64,000 nucleotides of DNA from Raillietiella orientalis. Lineage: Eukaryota. The stretch is taken from the NCBI GenBank assembly GCA_036172245.1, contig JAYWIR010000019.1, positions 682,001-746,000 on the forward strand, written 5' to 3'. The position numbers were made by a program, and so were the translations under genes. The notes beneath the pieces were generated by a model that ran no database searches, had not been told where the DNA came from, and was given only the letters and a program-made list of their open reading frames with translations. This document shows positions 11,901-25,048 of the stretch, in pieces. Position 1 is the stretch's first letter; each line of letters opens with the position of its first letter.

Positions 11901-14391
11901 GACGTGGCCACTCGCGGAACGCCCTTTCGCGCGATGCGTGAAATAGCACGCAAATCCACGGACACGACCTGGCACAGGGTGTGACCCGGAAAAAAATCGC
12001 CTCTTCGCGAAAGATGGTGACCGTGCCAGAGGCGCCACTGCGTGCGAAGTGCGGCCTCCAGGAAGACGTGACCTGCCACAGGATTCTGCCTCGCGCATGA
12101 GGTGCGACCCCGTGCCAAGCGCGGTATCGCTCGTGGCCGTTTTCTCGTCGGTGCCCGTCGCGACGGAAGCGCCGCCTGCAAGCGAGGGGAGATCAGCGCC
12201 GCTGATTGTTGCCCGCGGCAGGAACTTCTGGAAGCCGGCATCCGGAGGCTGGGCACGGACGAGTCCACGTTCTTCCGGATTCTCAGCCTGCGGAGTTACC
12301 CGCAGCTGCGCAGCATCTTCGAGGCGTACCGCCACGTCTGCGGGCAGGACATCGAGACGACGCTGAAGAAGGAGTTCAGCGGAAACGTGCTGGCCGGCTT
12401 GCTGGCCATCGGTGAGTCTCGCCGGCGGCGATGCCGGAGGGCAGATCAGTACCTCTTTCCGCAGCGCGCGTCAGCGTGGACCCTGCCATGTTCTTCGCGA
12501 AGCTGCTGCACAAGGCGATGCGAGGCATCGGGACGGACGACGACGCCCTCATCCGCATCCTGGTGACGAGGTCGCAGGTAAAAGGGGACGCCGCCACTCC
12601 GCGCCTCGCCTCCCGACGCGCGCGGCGGCTGCAGGAGCAACTGCCCGCAACTTCTCTCGGGGAAAGGGGGTCTCCACGGAAGCCGTCTGCCCCTGTTCGT
12701 GCTCACCCTTTGGGCGCGAGACCCCCATCGCCAGAAGTGCGCCGCGGTGTCGGCTCCGCCAGCCGGCCCTGCATGACCCGGCCGACCTTCGCTCCTTCGG
12801 GTAGGGAGGCGACGATCGTCGGAGGGACTTCCGGACAGCACCCGCCAGCAGCGTTCCAAACGGCGTCTTTCGTGTGGTAACACTGCAGAAAGTCACGCAG
12901 CGAGAGTGTCGCTAGCATGGCAAACAGCTTAGCTCTTGTGGAAAATCCCTAGCAAATGAGTAGCCACAATGCCATGGTAACGTCGCGGATAATGCAGCCA
13001 CGATCTAGCCACATCGCAGCATGCGGTGTATCCACCGTGTAGCCTAGGCACGGCTGACTGTTGTCACAATCCAGCCATGACCGTAATGTGTTCATAATGT
13101 GGTCGAGATGTAGGCTTAGTTTAGCGACATGTGATGCTGCCGTAAGGTGACCGTGGAATGGCATAAGGAGTGGCTACAATTTGGTCAAAAGGTGGCTACG
13201 AGTTGGCAGGTAAAACGGTCACAGCGTTGCAGGTGGTATTGCGTTAGTGCGGATGCGACATGTTTATGGCACGCCCTTCCTAATTTATCGAGAACGCGAC
13301 CATAAATGCAATGCGGGACGTAGCTCAGTGCCCTTCAATTTAACCACAATCTAATGGATCCGGATGTTGCCACAACATAGCACGTAATTTTGCCATAACT
13401 GAGGCACAGGGTCGCCATTAGATGGAGGCAGGCAGCGTAGCCTCAGTGTAATCACAGAGTGGCATGTACTGCAGTGACGATTTAGCCACGACATAGGAGA
13501 TAATGTAGCTACCATGTTGCCATTGGTTGGCACGCAATGCCATCATTCTGCAGTCGAAGTGTGGCCATTAGGAGTAAGCCACTAAAACTTAAGCCACTAA
13601 GTGACAGACAATGTAGATATTATTTGACCACAACGTAGCAGATAATATAGCCATCGGTTTAGCCACAAAGTAGCAGGGAATGCAGTGATCCAGCAGATGA
13701 TGTAGCTATCATGTCGCCACTTATCTGGCCGTAGTGCAGTCATGCTGTAGTCGAAATGTGGCCACAAAAAGCAGATAATGTAGACGCGATTTAGCCCCAA
13801 CGTAGTAGGTAATGCAGTAACTATTTATCCACAACGAAGTCTATAATGCGGACGCGCTTTAGCCAAAAAGTAGCAATACAGTGGCGATTTTACCACAGCG
13901 AAGTCGTTCGTGTGGATGTGATTCAACCACCACGTAGTCTATGATGTGGACACGATCTAGCCTCAAGGAAGCAGGTAATGCAGTGACGATTTAGCCACAG
14001 GAAAGTCGACGATGTGGACGTGACTGAGCCACCATGTCGCGAGGGTGCGGACGCGCTTGCGTCAGCGGCGATCCCTACCGGCGCCTGGGAGGTTGTCCTC
14101 TCGCCCAGGGCGCCTCGCCTCCGCTCGAGACGGTTTGTACGAGAGGAGGCGCTGGTAGCGTCTACCGGGACGCCTCCCTCGGGAGGGTGGGGAGACGGGG
14201 AGCGCGCAGCAAGCCTTTCCATACGCGCCGCGCTGTTCCTGTTGCAGGAGAACGCGAGTCCGTTCCAAGTGAACCTGGAAGATGTCAAGGCGAAGTACGC
14301 GGACATGTACAAAGTCTCGCTGCCCGAGGCCGTGAGGAAGGAGACGAGCGGCGACTACCGCAAGATCCTGCTGAAGATGCTGGGCAACTGA
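8972..14391 (+). CDS. annexin (four annexin repeats)
   Basis: Exons 10432-10602, 10681-10794, 10848-10938, 11322-11458, 12222-12411, 12465-12577 and 14248-14391, all GT-AG and phase-compatible. Four endonexin folds: MKGFGTDE..SELSG, IEGMGTDE..SDLSG, GIRRLGTDE..KEFSG, MRGIGTDD..KETSG. The start at ATG|gtgagt 8972-8974 is tentative. Confidence 0.93.
9850..10130. repeat. degenerate (GAT)n/(GAG)n trinucleotide tract
   Basis: GATGATGATGACGGTGGAGGACGATGGTGACG and similar runs; opposite polarity to the tract at 8380-8600. Confidence 0.6.
11560..12130 (+). repeat. degenerate ~20-bp minisatellite in an annexin intron
   Basis: Recurrent GATGTGACCTCGCA / GACGTGACCT / GTGGCCTCCAGGAAGACGTG motifs. Confidence 0.55.
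12900..14035 (+). repeat. degenerate ~33-bp minisatellite filling the last annexin intron
   Basis: Units like CGATTTAGCCACAACGTAGCAGGTAATGCAGTGA recur near 13790, 13822, 13856, 13886, 13920, 13953 and 13987. Confidence 0.7.
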
Positions 14392-16020
14392 GGGCGGCCT
14401 CTCCCGCCCGGCCGGTGGTTGGTGCTTGTGTGCATAAAAACCTTCTGTTGTCCTCCTTTCCTTCATCGGCCCTCGCCTACGAGGTGCCCGGAGGGCGTCC
14501 CGGTGACCCGACCCGTCGTCGCTGGAGTAGCCTCTCGAGAGATCCGGGCGCTCCTTCCCGAGGGGGCAGAGCGTGCGGAGGCGGTGGAACTCTTCCGCCT
14601 GACCTTCCACATGCCTGCGGTTCTCGTCGTCCGGGCCGCGCGAAGCCGACGCCGGGAAAAGGAGGGCCGGGTCACGCACGACGCCCAGCGACGGAGTTCC
14701 TGGCAGCTCTACGCGGGCCTCGCGCTGTAGCGGTGGCAGCTGCGCTCCGCACCCGCACGTCCCGGACCTGGGAAAGCAGGGCGCCGAGACGCAGGGGCTC
14801 TGCGGGCAACGTCCCCGTTGCCCCATGCGAGAGGCATGCAGGCGAGGCGCGCGTTTCTACGCCCCAGGGACGATCCATCAGCGGAGGTCACTTCCAGGAA
14901 GCATTCCGACATGCAGCCGTCCGAGGTCCACGGCGTCTCTCGGGAAAGTCCTGCATCCACAACTTACTCACGGACAGCCTCCAAGACTTCAACCTCGCAG
15001 CATCGACTTCCGGGGTTCCAACTTCGCGGTCTTCTAGGACAACTTTCCTGTTCAGCTGCCTTACCCTGAGCTCGACGACCCGTTCGTCCTCCGCTATGCC
15101 GATGCGTTGCGAACTCTGACTCCATGAGCTCACCTCTCATGAATGAGCATTCTCTAACTCTTCTTTAACATAGAAGTCCACATCCCGACAAGGAAACGAG
15201 GAGGCTGAACGTTCCCCATCTGCGGACATTCCACCAGAGGCAGCAGGTCGAGTCATCCTCCAATGAATCGGAAGCGAAGCGACTGACCTCTTCTGGACAC
15301 GCGGCAGTGGACATCACAACTCCTCTTTTTCTACTTAACACCAGCAATCTCTGGCCCAAGTCGATGCTCTCCTATCTGAACCACCGCCTCCCCGCTGTTT
15401 AAGCCTGGTCTTTCCATGGGTGCAATCCACTCGATTCCGTCGTGCGCAAAGCGCTCTCTCGGGGATCGCTTCACACGGCCGATACTTACAGTGGATCCTG
15501 GAACACAACATTCCTTTTTTCTTGGGGGCTTCTTCTCGTCGAAGATCTCGAACTCCTGCACTTCCTCATCCTTCTTTGCGACCAAGTAACCTTTCGGAAG
15601 CGAGGTGATGAACCGATCTCTGTCACGTGCTTCCCACCTCCTCTCTTCCAGAGGTGTTGCAGTCCCCGAAGTGGCAGGCGACGCCCGGTAGAATCGCTCG
15701 TCCTCTGCCGTGGAGCGCATCGGATGTGGTCGCAGGAGTCCCTGGAGTCCGACCCGAGGATAAGCTGACTCGATGCCACCACAGCCTTCCGCGCTTCCGC
15801 TCTCTTGATCTCGGCCACCAGTTTTCCGTGTCTCTCAGGCCACACGCACGTCGCCACCCTCGCCCATGTAATGGAATTCAGAGATGCTTGCAGCACGATG
15901 GTGTCTTCGGGCGGAACCCCGACCTGCAAAACGGACTCGACAACGCTGTCACGTCGTCTCCAGACGGGTGCGTCCCTTTCAACGGTCAGCTGTCGCATGG
16001 CGTGACATGGCGCTCGCTAC

Positions 16021-17080
16021 CATGAAAAATACATGTATATGGTTATTATGTGGATATTCTAGAGGCTATAAAAAATGAATATGCATGCTTATCATGTATA
16101 TTAATGTATGTGTTTGTATATAGATTAATATACAAATTTATTGTGACATACTCATTCAGTAATTTTTATTAACAAGCATATTATTAATAGCAATATTATT
16201 TTAACATCTACGTTTACATATTGTTGATACAGTGAGTAATATGCTTATTATTTGCATTAATATACATGCCTATTTACACATTAACCTGCAAATTCATTTC
16301 AACATACATATTTATGAATTTTCATTAATCTACACATTATACGATGAATATATATACTGAGAATTCTAAAATACATGTATGCTTAATATATACATTTATA
16401 TATATAACGAATATATGAATATGAAATTAAAAATATATATTTATCAAGCGATCAAAATCTCGAAAATAGAATTAACCATTGGTTAAGGAAGTTTCCTTTG
16501 TTGAGCGTTGAAAATGACAGAAAAATGAAATACCAAATCACTTTTTTGTTTTTATAATTTGCTTACTTTTTTATTTTGTTCCCACCAGCTTTAGTTGTCA
16601 CCATTATTTTTTATAATTCTCTGTTTATATATGCATTTAACATACATACTTTCTATATGTTGTTACCGATTAATAAACGCATATGTTGATTTTCACAATC
16701 TTTAGTTTATACATTGATAATTATTAAGTAACACATATTATTAATTATATCAATAACACGTATAGATTAATAAATATTCTCCTGTATGTATATGGAAATT
16801 AATTTTTTTTTTAATTGATATATGCGTATGCACATTAATCTATAAAATGGACAAATTATTCTACTCATGAAATGTATTCATTATTGATTCACTATATTAT
16901 TGATATGTATGTTAATAAATATTAATAAATGCATATGTTAGAATAATATTGCTATTAATGGTATACATGTTGATACATATTAAAAATACTCACTTGAAAA
17001 TAAATTTGTATATTAATGTATACATAAATACACATAATAAGCACATATATTGATTGTTTATGATCTTTCGAGATTTCGGC
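16021..17080. mobile_element. AT-rich foldback/MITE-like element, copy B (with an internal TIR-like motif at ~16449)
   Basis: Right end TATGATCTTTCGAGATTTCGGC (~17059-17080). ~16060-16250 is an imperfect inverted copy of ~16870-17070 (shared ATTAATATACAAATTTATT and ATTAATAGCAATATTATT). CGATCAAAATCTCGAAA at ~16449. Confidence 0.6.
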
Positions 17081-17439
17081 GTTGGGGATTTTGAAGTAAA
17101 CCCTATTTGATGATTCGGTTTAATGAGTTTGGGATGATGGATAATGTTATAGTGTAATATTGGTGTACCTACGATAGTGCATTCAGGAATTGTGGGGAAA
17201 AAATAAAGTTGATCTGGGGGGTGGGGGGTAGCATGCCCTTATCTGACTTCTTTTCACATTGAGTAAGAAATGCGTCGATGTTTTGAGGTCCCCCATCACC
17301 ATAAATCGCACCTCTCCGTGCTTCAAGTGCGTTTTCAAAATCTTGGTTACTTTTCCTCCTCCCTTGCAGCGTTCTCTGCTATCCGTGGGAAGATCACCTC
17401 AGCAGCCCTGGCAACGGGAGAGTCACGCACTGTACCTGG

Positions 17440-18300
17440 TCCAAAGTCCCGGAAGATCAAAAGAACTAAACGTATGCTGCATAGATTAATATGCAAATTT
17501 ATTTTAATGTACATAGTAACTCGTATTTCTTAACGTGAGTATTATTCATAGTAACATTATTCGAACAGATATGTTTATTAACATGCATTTTATTAATATG
17601 ATTAATAGGTTGCTAATTATATTATTAATGTGCATATGAAAGATTGTAAAGATAAATATGTGTGCTCATTATTTGTATTAATATACATATTCATATGCAG
17701 ATTAATATATTTTTTGAAAATTATAATATATATCTATACACATATCTGTTACACATTTCTATATGTCACATTTTCTTTTTTGTTTTTTTAATCTTTTCAA
17801 CTAAAGTGCCACAATTATTTCTTATTTTTTAAAATCCGATAATCATATATACCTTAAGCATATATGTATTATATATATAAACACATGCATATAAATATGA
17901 AGATGTGTGTATAAAAACATATATCGGTGTATATATATATATATATTTCCACATATATATGTATATATTTACATTCCTATATCTATCCATCTATATATGT
18001 ATGTGTGTGTGTGCATTTTCGCATATTTATATTTATTTATACATATAATGAGCATCTTTATCTATTTTTTATAATCTTTCATATATATACCGATAATAAA
18101 AATCAACAACTTTTTGATAATATTAATAAAATATATGTCAATACACCTTAGGAAATATATCTATTCGAATGATATTACTATTTATAATACGTATCCTAAT
18201 AGATAGATATGAATAACTATGTATATTAAAATAAATTTGTGTGTTCATCGATGTAACCCAAATGCTTATTTTTTATGATGCTTCGGGATTTTGATCGGTA
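17440..18300. mobile_element. AT-rich foldback/MITE-like element, copy C
   Basis: Left CCAAAGTCCCGGAAGATCAAAAG, right TTTTTATGATGCTTCGGGATTTTGATCGG. ~17490-17600 is an inverted match to ~18120-18240. Confidence 0.65.
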
Positions 18301-19637
18301 CCTCCACAAACTGCACGCGTCTTCCTGCCCACGCCCCCTTTTTTGCCCCAGCAAACAGCCCAAACGGTATGGCCGACTTCAGCCCCATTCAAACTGCTCA
18401 ACTTTTCGTAACTTTCGATCTGATGGTTGTGATTCCTTCTATTTGAGCTCGGGAGACTTATATGTCCGATACTGCATCATTTTTGAGTCAGTAATTTTAA
18501 TGATTTTTAGATATCGTGTCGTTCGGTTGGGAACGTTCCTCGTCTAAAAAAAAGAGTACTCTTCGTATCAGAAGATTGGTTCCACGCTATGAAAATGAGT
18601 TGCCATCGCTTGCAGTCACAGCCCACTGCCTCGTTGATGCTGCTAAGTCCATCCCATCCCTTCTTACGGGTCCTGCAAGCTCCGAAAACGTTTCTGGAGG
18701 ATGTAGCGGATGGTCCACTCTGGAACTCTATCGCAGCCTCATTCTCTGGCACTCCTGACCACTTGCCAGTCCTTGGCAGGGGTTCCACAGTGTACAGGTG
18801 CCAAGGTCGTCTTCCGTGACCGTATGCGGGGTAGTTTCCCGCCCGTTTTGAAGCTCCGCCCAGGATCCTCCGTGATAAGACACCAGGAAGCCACCTTGGA
18901 CCTCTGGCTGTAGGTCGCCTCTCCATAGGACGGTCCCGATGGGACATGGGTCCAGGGCAGGTCGCCCGAACCTTGTCCGCGTCTTTTCTGGCGCCTCTGC
19001 TGCGGCAGCTGGAGTGGTCCCCCAGAGCATGGGGGCTTTGGTCCCTGGGCATGCCGCGGTACACGAATCCGGTGCGTCGCCCACCCTTGTACCTGGCGCT
19101 TGCGTCAGAGCACACACACCTCGTGGATGTGGCCACCGGCCCAGACTTCCAACGGCTTGCGCTTACTGACTAGAATGCCATCCCTCATTATTCCACATTA
19201 ATTACAATTACAATCAGGTATAATTATAAGCATTGATATGTTTAATTGTGTCATTAGGTATAGTTGAAAGCGTTATTAGGTATAACGATGAGCGTTGTTT
19301 CATGTAATTATAAGCAGTTACGATAACTTTGAAAGTACCCTTTTGTTAATACTAAAACCCCATAATAACTCCTTCTGACTTCATCCACCACGTGCTGACC
19401 ACAAAGACGAGTTCGCTCGATTCTCCTTTCAACTAATAATAGGAAAGCATCAGTTTGTGAGACCGAGCGAAATTTGATTGTATTGTGGCAGCCCTGTCAC
19501 GAATCCTGACTCATTAACAGCCCAGTATTGAAATCAACTCAGTTCCATTGAATTCTGTCCTGATGCAGAAGATACTTCCGCTTTGTACTTTAATCTTGCT
19601 AACCGTCTCTTTGGAGTAGTGCTAACCAATTAATTTA

Positions 19638-20967
19638 GGAGAGGATGGAGCGTCAGCTCCGATTCTGAAAAACTCTCACTGGCCTTCCAAGCTTTGGACT
19701 ACGCCTTGGTGCTCTCCAGCAAGAATCCTTGCTAAGCGAGCAGCCGGCTACGAGGCTTTGAATTCGGTCGTCGTGGACACCGAGAGAAGTTTAAGCATCT
19801 TGGATCTCAACTTCGCCAGATGGTTGCCTTGGTACGACGAAACCCCTGGATCTCCGTCCACCCCGCGAACTGGGCTACTTGGCTGCAGGAGTCCGTTCTC
19901 GCCTGGGACAAGATCAACGGTACGAGAAAGAGGGCAGAGTGTATCTGCCAACGAAACAGTAGATACACTCGTCAGTCGTTGGGGGAGATCCTGGGTAACA
20001 CCAGGAATCTGCTTTGGGCGTCGTTCACACCCCTAGTCCCATTGTTGCCCTCCCTACGGGAAACAAGGGACAGAGACCTTCCGGCAAGGTGGAAGGTAAC
20101 GTGCACTATCGAAAACAGAAGAAAACATCTAAATGAGTGGACAACTCGGGAGCTAACTGACGCTGAGACCCCGAGTGTCCCATCCAAAGGACTACTACGC
20201 TGGGAAAAGCTGCTACAAATTCCTCTGGAGGAGGTACAATGACCCCCAGTATGCTGGTACAGTGCAAGCCTCCCCCTAAAGTGGCAGGAGTCGGCGACCC
20301 TGCTGTTGCACTGGAGCCTCCCGTGCAACGCCCGCCGACACCATGGGACCAGGGGAAGTGGGTGAGAGCCCCAGCCTGCAGCAGGCGTGGCGAAAGAGAG
20401 TCCCTGCCGCACCTGCTCGTGGATTGTGCTGCCCTCCACCCCCTTTGGGAACGCTTTGCCGCGTCCCTGCGGCTACCCGAGGGCAGCTCCAGAAACCTTC
20501 TGAAGCTCCTCTTCCAGCGCGACGCCCTCACACCGGACCCATCCCTAGCAGCACTTTGCTGCTTACGCGGGATCGTGGCTGCATGGAGTAGCAACGCCAG
20601 AGGAGGCCAGGAAGACTGGGACGCCATTTATGCTGCTGTCCTATTCTTGAGGATCGCGTCAAGACCGCATCTGGGAGTGTTGAAACAGGAACTTGCCGGG
20701 ATCCTGCATAGGATTCAGAAGACGCCCTCCATCACTCGGTGATCCCTTCCCGAACCTCCCATTTTTTTTTTGGATATATTTTTTTGTTTCTTCTTTCTTT
20801 TTTGTTGTTTCCCTTCCCCTGTGCCATGGCGAACTTTGCCGGCCCGCGTGCCGGTTCTCAGCAGGTTCTTTTTAGTACATTTATAACGTGGCTGGACGCG
20901 TGATCCTGTCACTGACCTGTACGTCTGTTTTTTATATAAATAAACTCCCCGGCGCAACCGGGTGCAA
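19638..20967 (+). mobile_element. 5'-truncated L1/Tx1-type LINE (ORF2 C-terminus with zf-RVT-like zinc finger), copy 1
   Basis: ORFs 19820-20242 and 20239-20742 (..PACSRRGERESLPHLLVDC..). Ends AATAAACTCCCCGGCGCAACCGGGTG. Exact 14-bp TSD AACCAATTAATTTA at 19624-19637 and 20968-20981. Confidence 0.8.
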
Positions 20968-20999
20968 AACCAATTAATTTATAATGGAAAATCTCATAA

Positions 21000-22295
21000 C
21001 AACACAAATCCCCATAGGCATTGACTTCTGACCGCTGAGGCAACTCACCTCTCCAGTGGAAGCCCGAGCATGGATCTCCTGCCGCCCAATGAACTACAAT
21101 GCCAGGAGGCAGGAAGCTACTGTGTCCTGGGCTACATTCCAAGGAATGCTCCAGGAGGATCTTTTCCCCCTGCGATAATTGTTGCCACGACCTTTGGAAG
21201 TGGTCATACAGGGCACGGCAAAGTGGTCGACCCTGGCACCGCCACCCCTCTTGTCGCAGCTCTGTCTGCCTTCAGGGAAAGCGGTGGCAGCTGCCAGCCA
21301 GCAAGCTGGAAGTCCAGCAGTAGTCTTGCTGCTGGATGCACGAGAATCCCTGCACCATCACAGGAAGAGCAAAACTCTTTGATGGCTAAAAGACCCTCAA
21401 ACCGGGGGATGCTGCCGCTCCGTGTACCCTGACGACGGGAATTCTTCGGTGGAGTCAACTTCTGAGTGTAGCCCCTGAGGAACTTTTGACCTCTCCCCAT
21501 TGCCCGGACACTGCTGTGTTCCCGCTGTCCTGGAAACAGGCTGTGATTCTCTTCCTTCACTGAGGATTCCAGTGCAGCGAGCGGCAGCACCACATTTTCG
21601 CAGGGGCTGCATTCCCAAACTGTTCCAGGTGCGGGTCGGCGGAGCCAATCCCACCGCACCTGCTTTTGAGCAGCAGAGGCTGGCAGTGGCATTCCTGCAC
21701 CAGGGAGATACCGTCTGCTGCTACAGTTCTTCGCGATGGGAGGACTCTCGACGGTCACAGCGATCGCAACGGCGGTTGCATCCATCCGTGCCGTCGCCAC
21801 GGCCTGCCATGTACTGGACATAGCGATGCAGCTCAGGGATGCCACCGGGACGGCATCCGCCTACACGAGGACGGCTGCAAGGTGTCCTAACCTGCAGAAG
21901 GAAGACAAGGAGGAGATCGCTGGCATCCGGCACCGGTTTTAAAGCGAAGGAACGGCGGACACCGGTGACCCCTTTCCCTAGCCTCCCGTTCAGCTTTTTT
22001 GATTTTATTTTTCCCTATTCCCCACTCCTTTTTGCTCGATATCTCTCCTGGATTTCACGTATCGATTCTGGTATATACGGAGCGAACCCAGAGACCCTTG
22101 TCCCATCCCCCCGCATCTCCTTTTTGTGTGTGTGTGTCCCCTCCTCTCCCTCGCGTTCCGGACTTCCGGATATCCCCACCTGTGTGTCGGTGGACCCTCC
22201 TCCTTTGCTTCTTTTGCCTTTGGTTGGGAACCAGCGTGCTACCTGCTGGTTTGTTTCTATAAAATGAACGCCCCGGGCGTGACCGGGTGGGAAAC
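21000..22295 (+). mobile_element. decayed 3' LINE fragment, same family, copy 2
   Basis: Translations LRQLTSPVEARAWISCRPMNY (compare copy 1 LRQMVALVRRNPWISVHPANW), PNCSRCGSAEPIPPHLLL and EIAGIRHRF*. The 3' UTR matches copy 4 and ends CCCCGGGCGTGACCGGGTG. Confidence 0.75.
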
Positions 22296-23559
22296 TTCCT
22301 ACCGCGGCAAGGTGACGAACCTTTTCCTGGGTACTCCTTCCGGTACGTTCACCACGTTACGACTCGTGCGATCTCGCGCCAGGAACACGGACGATTTGCA
22401 CTTGGCGACGGAACACGGAGCCTGCCATTCTCAAATCAGTGTACGGTTGAATCGTGTTTCCGTACCGAATCACGTGTACAGATCGAAAAGCCGGCACGCT
22501 GCAATTCACTCCTGCAATCCTCGAACCACGCAAGGTAATAGAACATAAGGAGGAATAAGACACGAGGAGATCGCTTCTCCAGACTGTCTCTCCGATTGAC
22601 CGCAGGTTCACGTTGCAAATCCCGCTGCGGCTGGCAAGCCTTCGCGAAGAGGTCGATTTCTCCTCTTCTGTGGATGGGCTCTAGGAGAGATCTCTTCGTG
22701 ATTTCCGTACCGGGTGTAGTTGTTTTGACTCTTCCATATTCCTGATCTGTGCACAAACCGTCCACTTGTTTCCCGGTGGCGGCGGAGCAGTCGCATAAGG
22801 TGACGGCCACCACTGGTGGCCAACTGTCCACCATCTCCCATTTCCAGTCTGGTTCTCTGGCTTGTCCACTGCCACATTACCCGAGGAACGGGAAGGAAGC
22901 CAGGAATTGCCGAGGTTGGTTCTTCTGCCCTCAGTTCTTTGCTGTGATGCACTAATTCTAACCGATGGGTCTTCACCGGTGTCCGCCTCCTTTTCCAAGT
23001 GGGTTCGGCGCCACCCTCATTCTCCCGTTCTTCCAGTCAGGGATGGCACCAGGCCACCCGAGCTGTCCAGCAACCTCGAATAGACTCTGTGCTCCGCAAG
23101 AGGCCTCTTGTCCAGTCTTCAATAGGTTCCAGGAGCTGTCGCGAGCATCCATGATTCGCGCGGAGTATTCCAGTGACTTTGTTCCCACTTCCCTCTTCAC
23201 GCGGACGCCATAGCCGATTTGAACCCAACCCGCAGTTTCAGTTATCACCACAGAAGCTTCGCAGCTGTTCTACTTCCAATCGGTGCTCTCGGCATAAGGC
23301 CGCCCCGAAGAGCCACTTGTAAAGGAGTACACCGTTCCTCAAGTTTACCCTCTGCTTCACGACAAAGTCGCCTTGGTTGTAATTTCTTTTCTTGCTTTCT
23401 CTAATGTTTCTTTCCACAGAATCTGAGCAGCTAAGTCACCGATGTGGATTTCCAGGTAGCGGATGTCATCCACTAATCGGAGTCCCTTCTTCGTTAACGA
23501 GGAGTGGTCCAGGATCCCGACAGGCAGGAGTTGCGACTTCTGGAATGACTCTTGAGGCT

Positions 23560-24132
23560 TCCATAGCCACTGACTACACTCAGAAACGCATGCTAATCCT
23601 TCTAATCCTACGAGAGAAAGAAATGATCTCCCACATACTCCGGATGGATCAAAAAAGGATTATAACCAAGGTACGAGCCCTTCCTGTAGGCCCTGACGCC
23701 AGCCGATCTCCAGCAGTTCACTATTGTGTACGCGGAATCGTGGCAATCTGGAACGCAAGAAAAGGTCAAAATAGCAGGGATGCCATTTACTAAGCAGGAA
23801 TCTTCTTGAAGACCACTTCCCGATGGCCCCAACTGCAACAAAATAAAACACAACTTGTCAGCATCCTGAACAGGATGCAGAGGACGTCTCCCGCCGAACA
23901 GTGACCCCTTCATCAGTTCCCTTTCCCCAGAAAACTCCCTCCCCTCTTTTTGTTTATTTGTTTTTGTGGTTTTCCCTCTCCTTTCGCCGATGGAGCGGAT
24001 CTTACCGGTCTGCCTACCGGTTTTTGGCAAGTCCTTCGCTCGTGGTAGAACCAAGTAATCTACTACGAACTTGCGATATTGACGACTTTTATTATAATTT
24101 TTTATACCCCCGGAAAATACGGGTGAAAAACT
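23560..24132 (+). mobile_element. decayed 3' LINE fragment, same family, copy 3
   Basis: PAVHYCVRGIVAIWNARKGQNSRDAIY..LVSILNRMQRT parallels copy 1 AALCCLRGIVAAWSSNARGGQEDWDAIY..LAGILHRIQKT. Ends CCCCCGGAAAATACGGGTG. Confidence 0.7.
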
Positions 24133-25048
24133 TGTGAGGTTTTTGGGAAGCTGAGACCCGAGCAGCGATGGAGTTCTTCAGGAGTTGGGAGTCCCTTGGA
24201 AATACACTGAGGAAATGAGGCATCTCAGGTCTGCCTCGTGTATTCGATGCAGTAGCAATGTGTGCTGGACTCACCAGCTGGGACATCCACCAGTTGACGC
24301 AGACAACCAGAGGGAAGAAGCAGCGAAAGAAGACGGAATGGCAGAGGAAGAACGACAGCCTGGATGCATCAAAGAACGTCCCTGAGAAGCTGGGCCCAGG
24401 ATTCCAAGCCGAAGAACGGAAGATTCTGCAAGACCATCTTTGTTATCTGTATCTATGAAACATTTTTTTTTATTAAATAGAGTCTGTTCTTATCAGCTTA
24501 AAAGTGCTCTAAAAAGCTCTTATTTGGAGTATGAATATGCTGTCTTTATGCTCAAAGTGCGATGTTACTGGGTTGTAGAGTTGCAGTTACGATACATTGA
24601 AGCACCCTCCTGGACATTTCAAAGATTGCATAAGTGAGCACATTGGCGAATTTGTATGAATGAGAAATAACGGAGGAAATCCGGGTAGCAAGTTGCCTTC
24701 CGTTATCGGAAACGCTTACGAATCTGAATTTGAATGACCTCTCATTAGGAAAACATCGTACTTGAGGTGTGTGAAGAAGTCTCAGATACTGAACAATCTT
24801 CCATAGGTTTTCGCACGATTTATTGTACGAGTATTTTTTGTTCTCTCCCTTGACTGGTTTTCTACAAACCGAAGACAAGTTCTCGTGAAAGTTGCTTTCT
24901 TACTGATCACGACAATTATAACACGAAATCACGACGACCCGGGGCAAGCCTGTCAGTGCCAAATTTGGTTTTGTTGGATGTGGTGAAACACGTATTTTCT
25001 CCATTTAAAGACGAGGAATTCTAATGAAAACTAAATTAGCAACTATGA

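Noticed and set aside
12900..14035. ~33-bp periodic array as a CRISPR
   Set aside because: Degenerate head-to-tail units without unique spacers, inside a eukaryotic intron, with no cas genes.
14450..16010. Minus-strand ORFs with LWWNVRR, like the start of an APE endonuclease
   Set aside because: A single motif without the downstream QET/GDFN support.
22300..23550. Possible LTR gag/protease relic on the minus strand
   Set aside because: No reliable catalytic motifs or LTRs.
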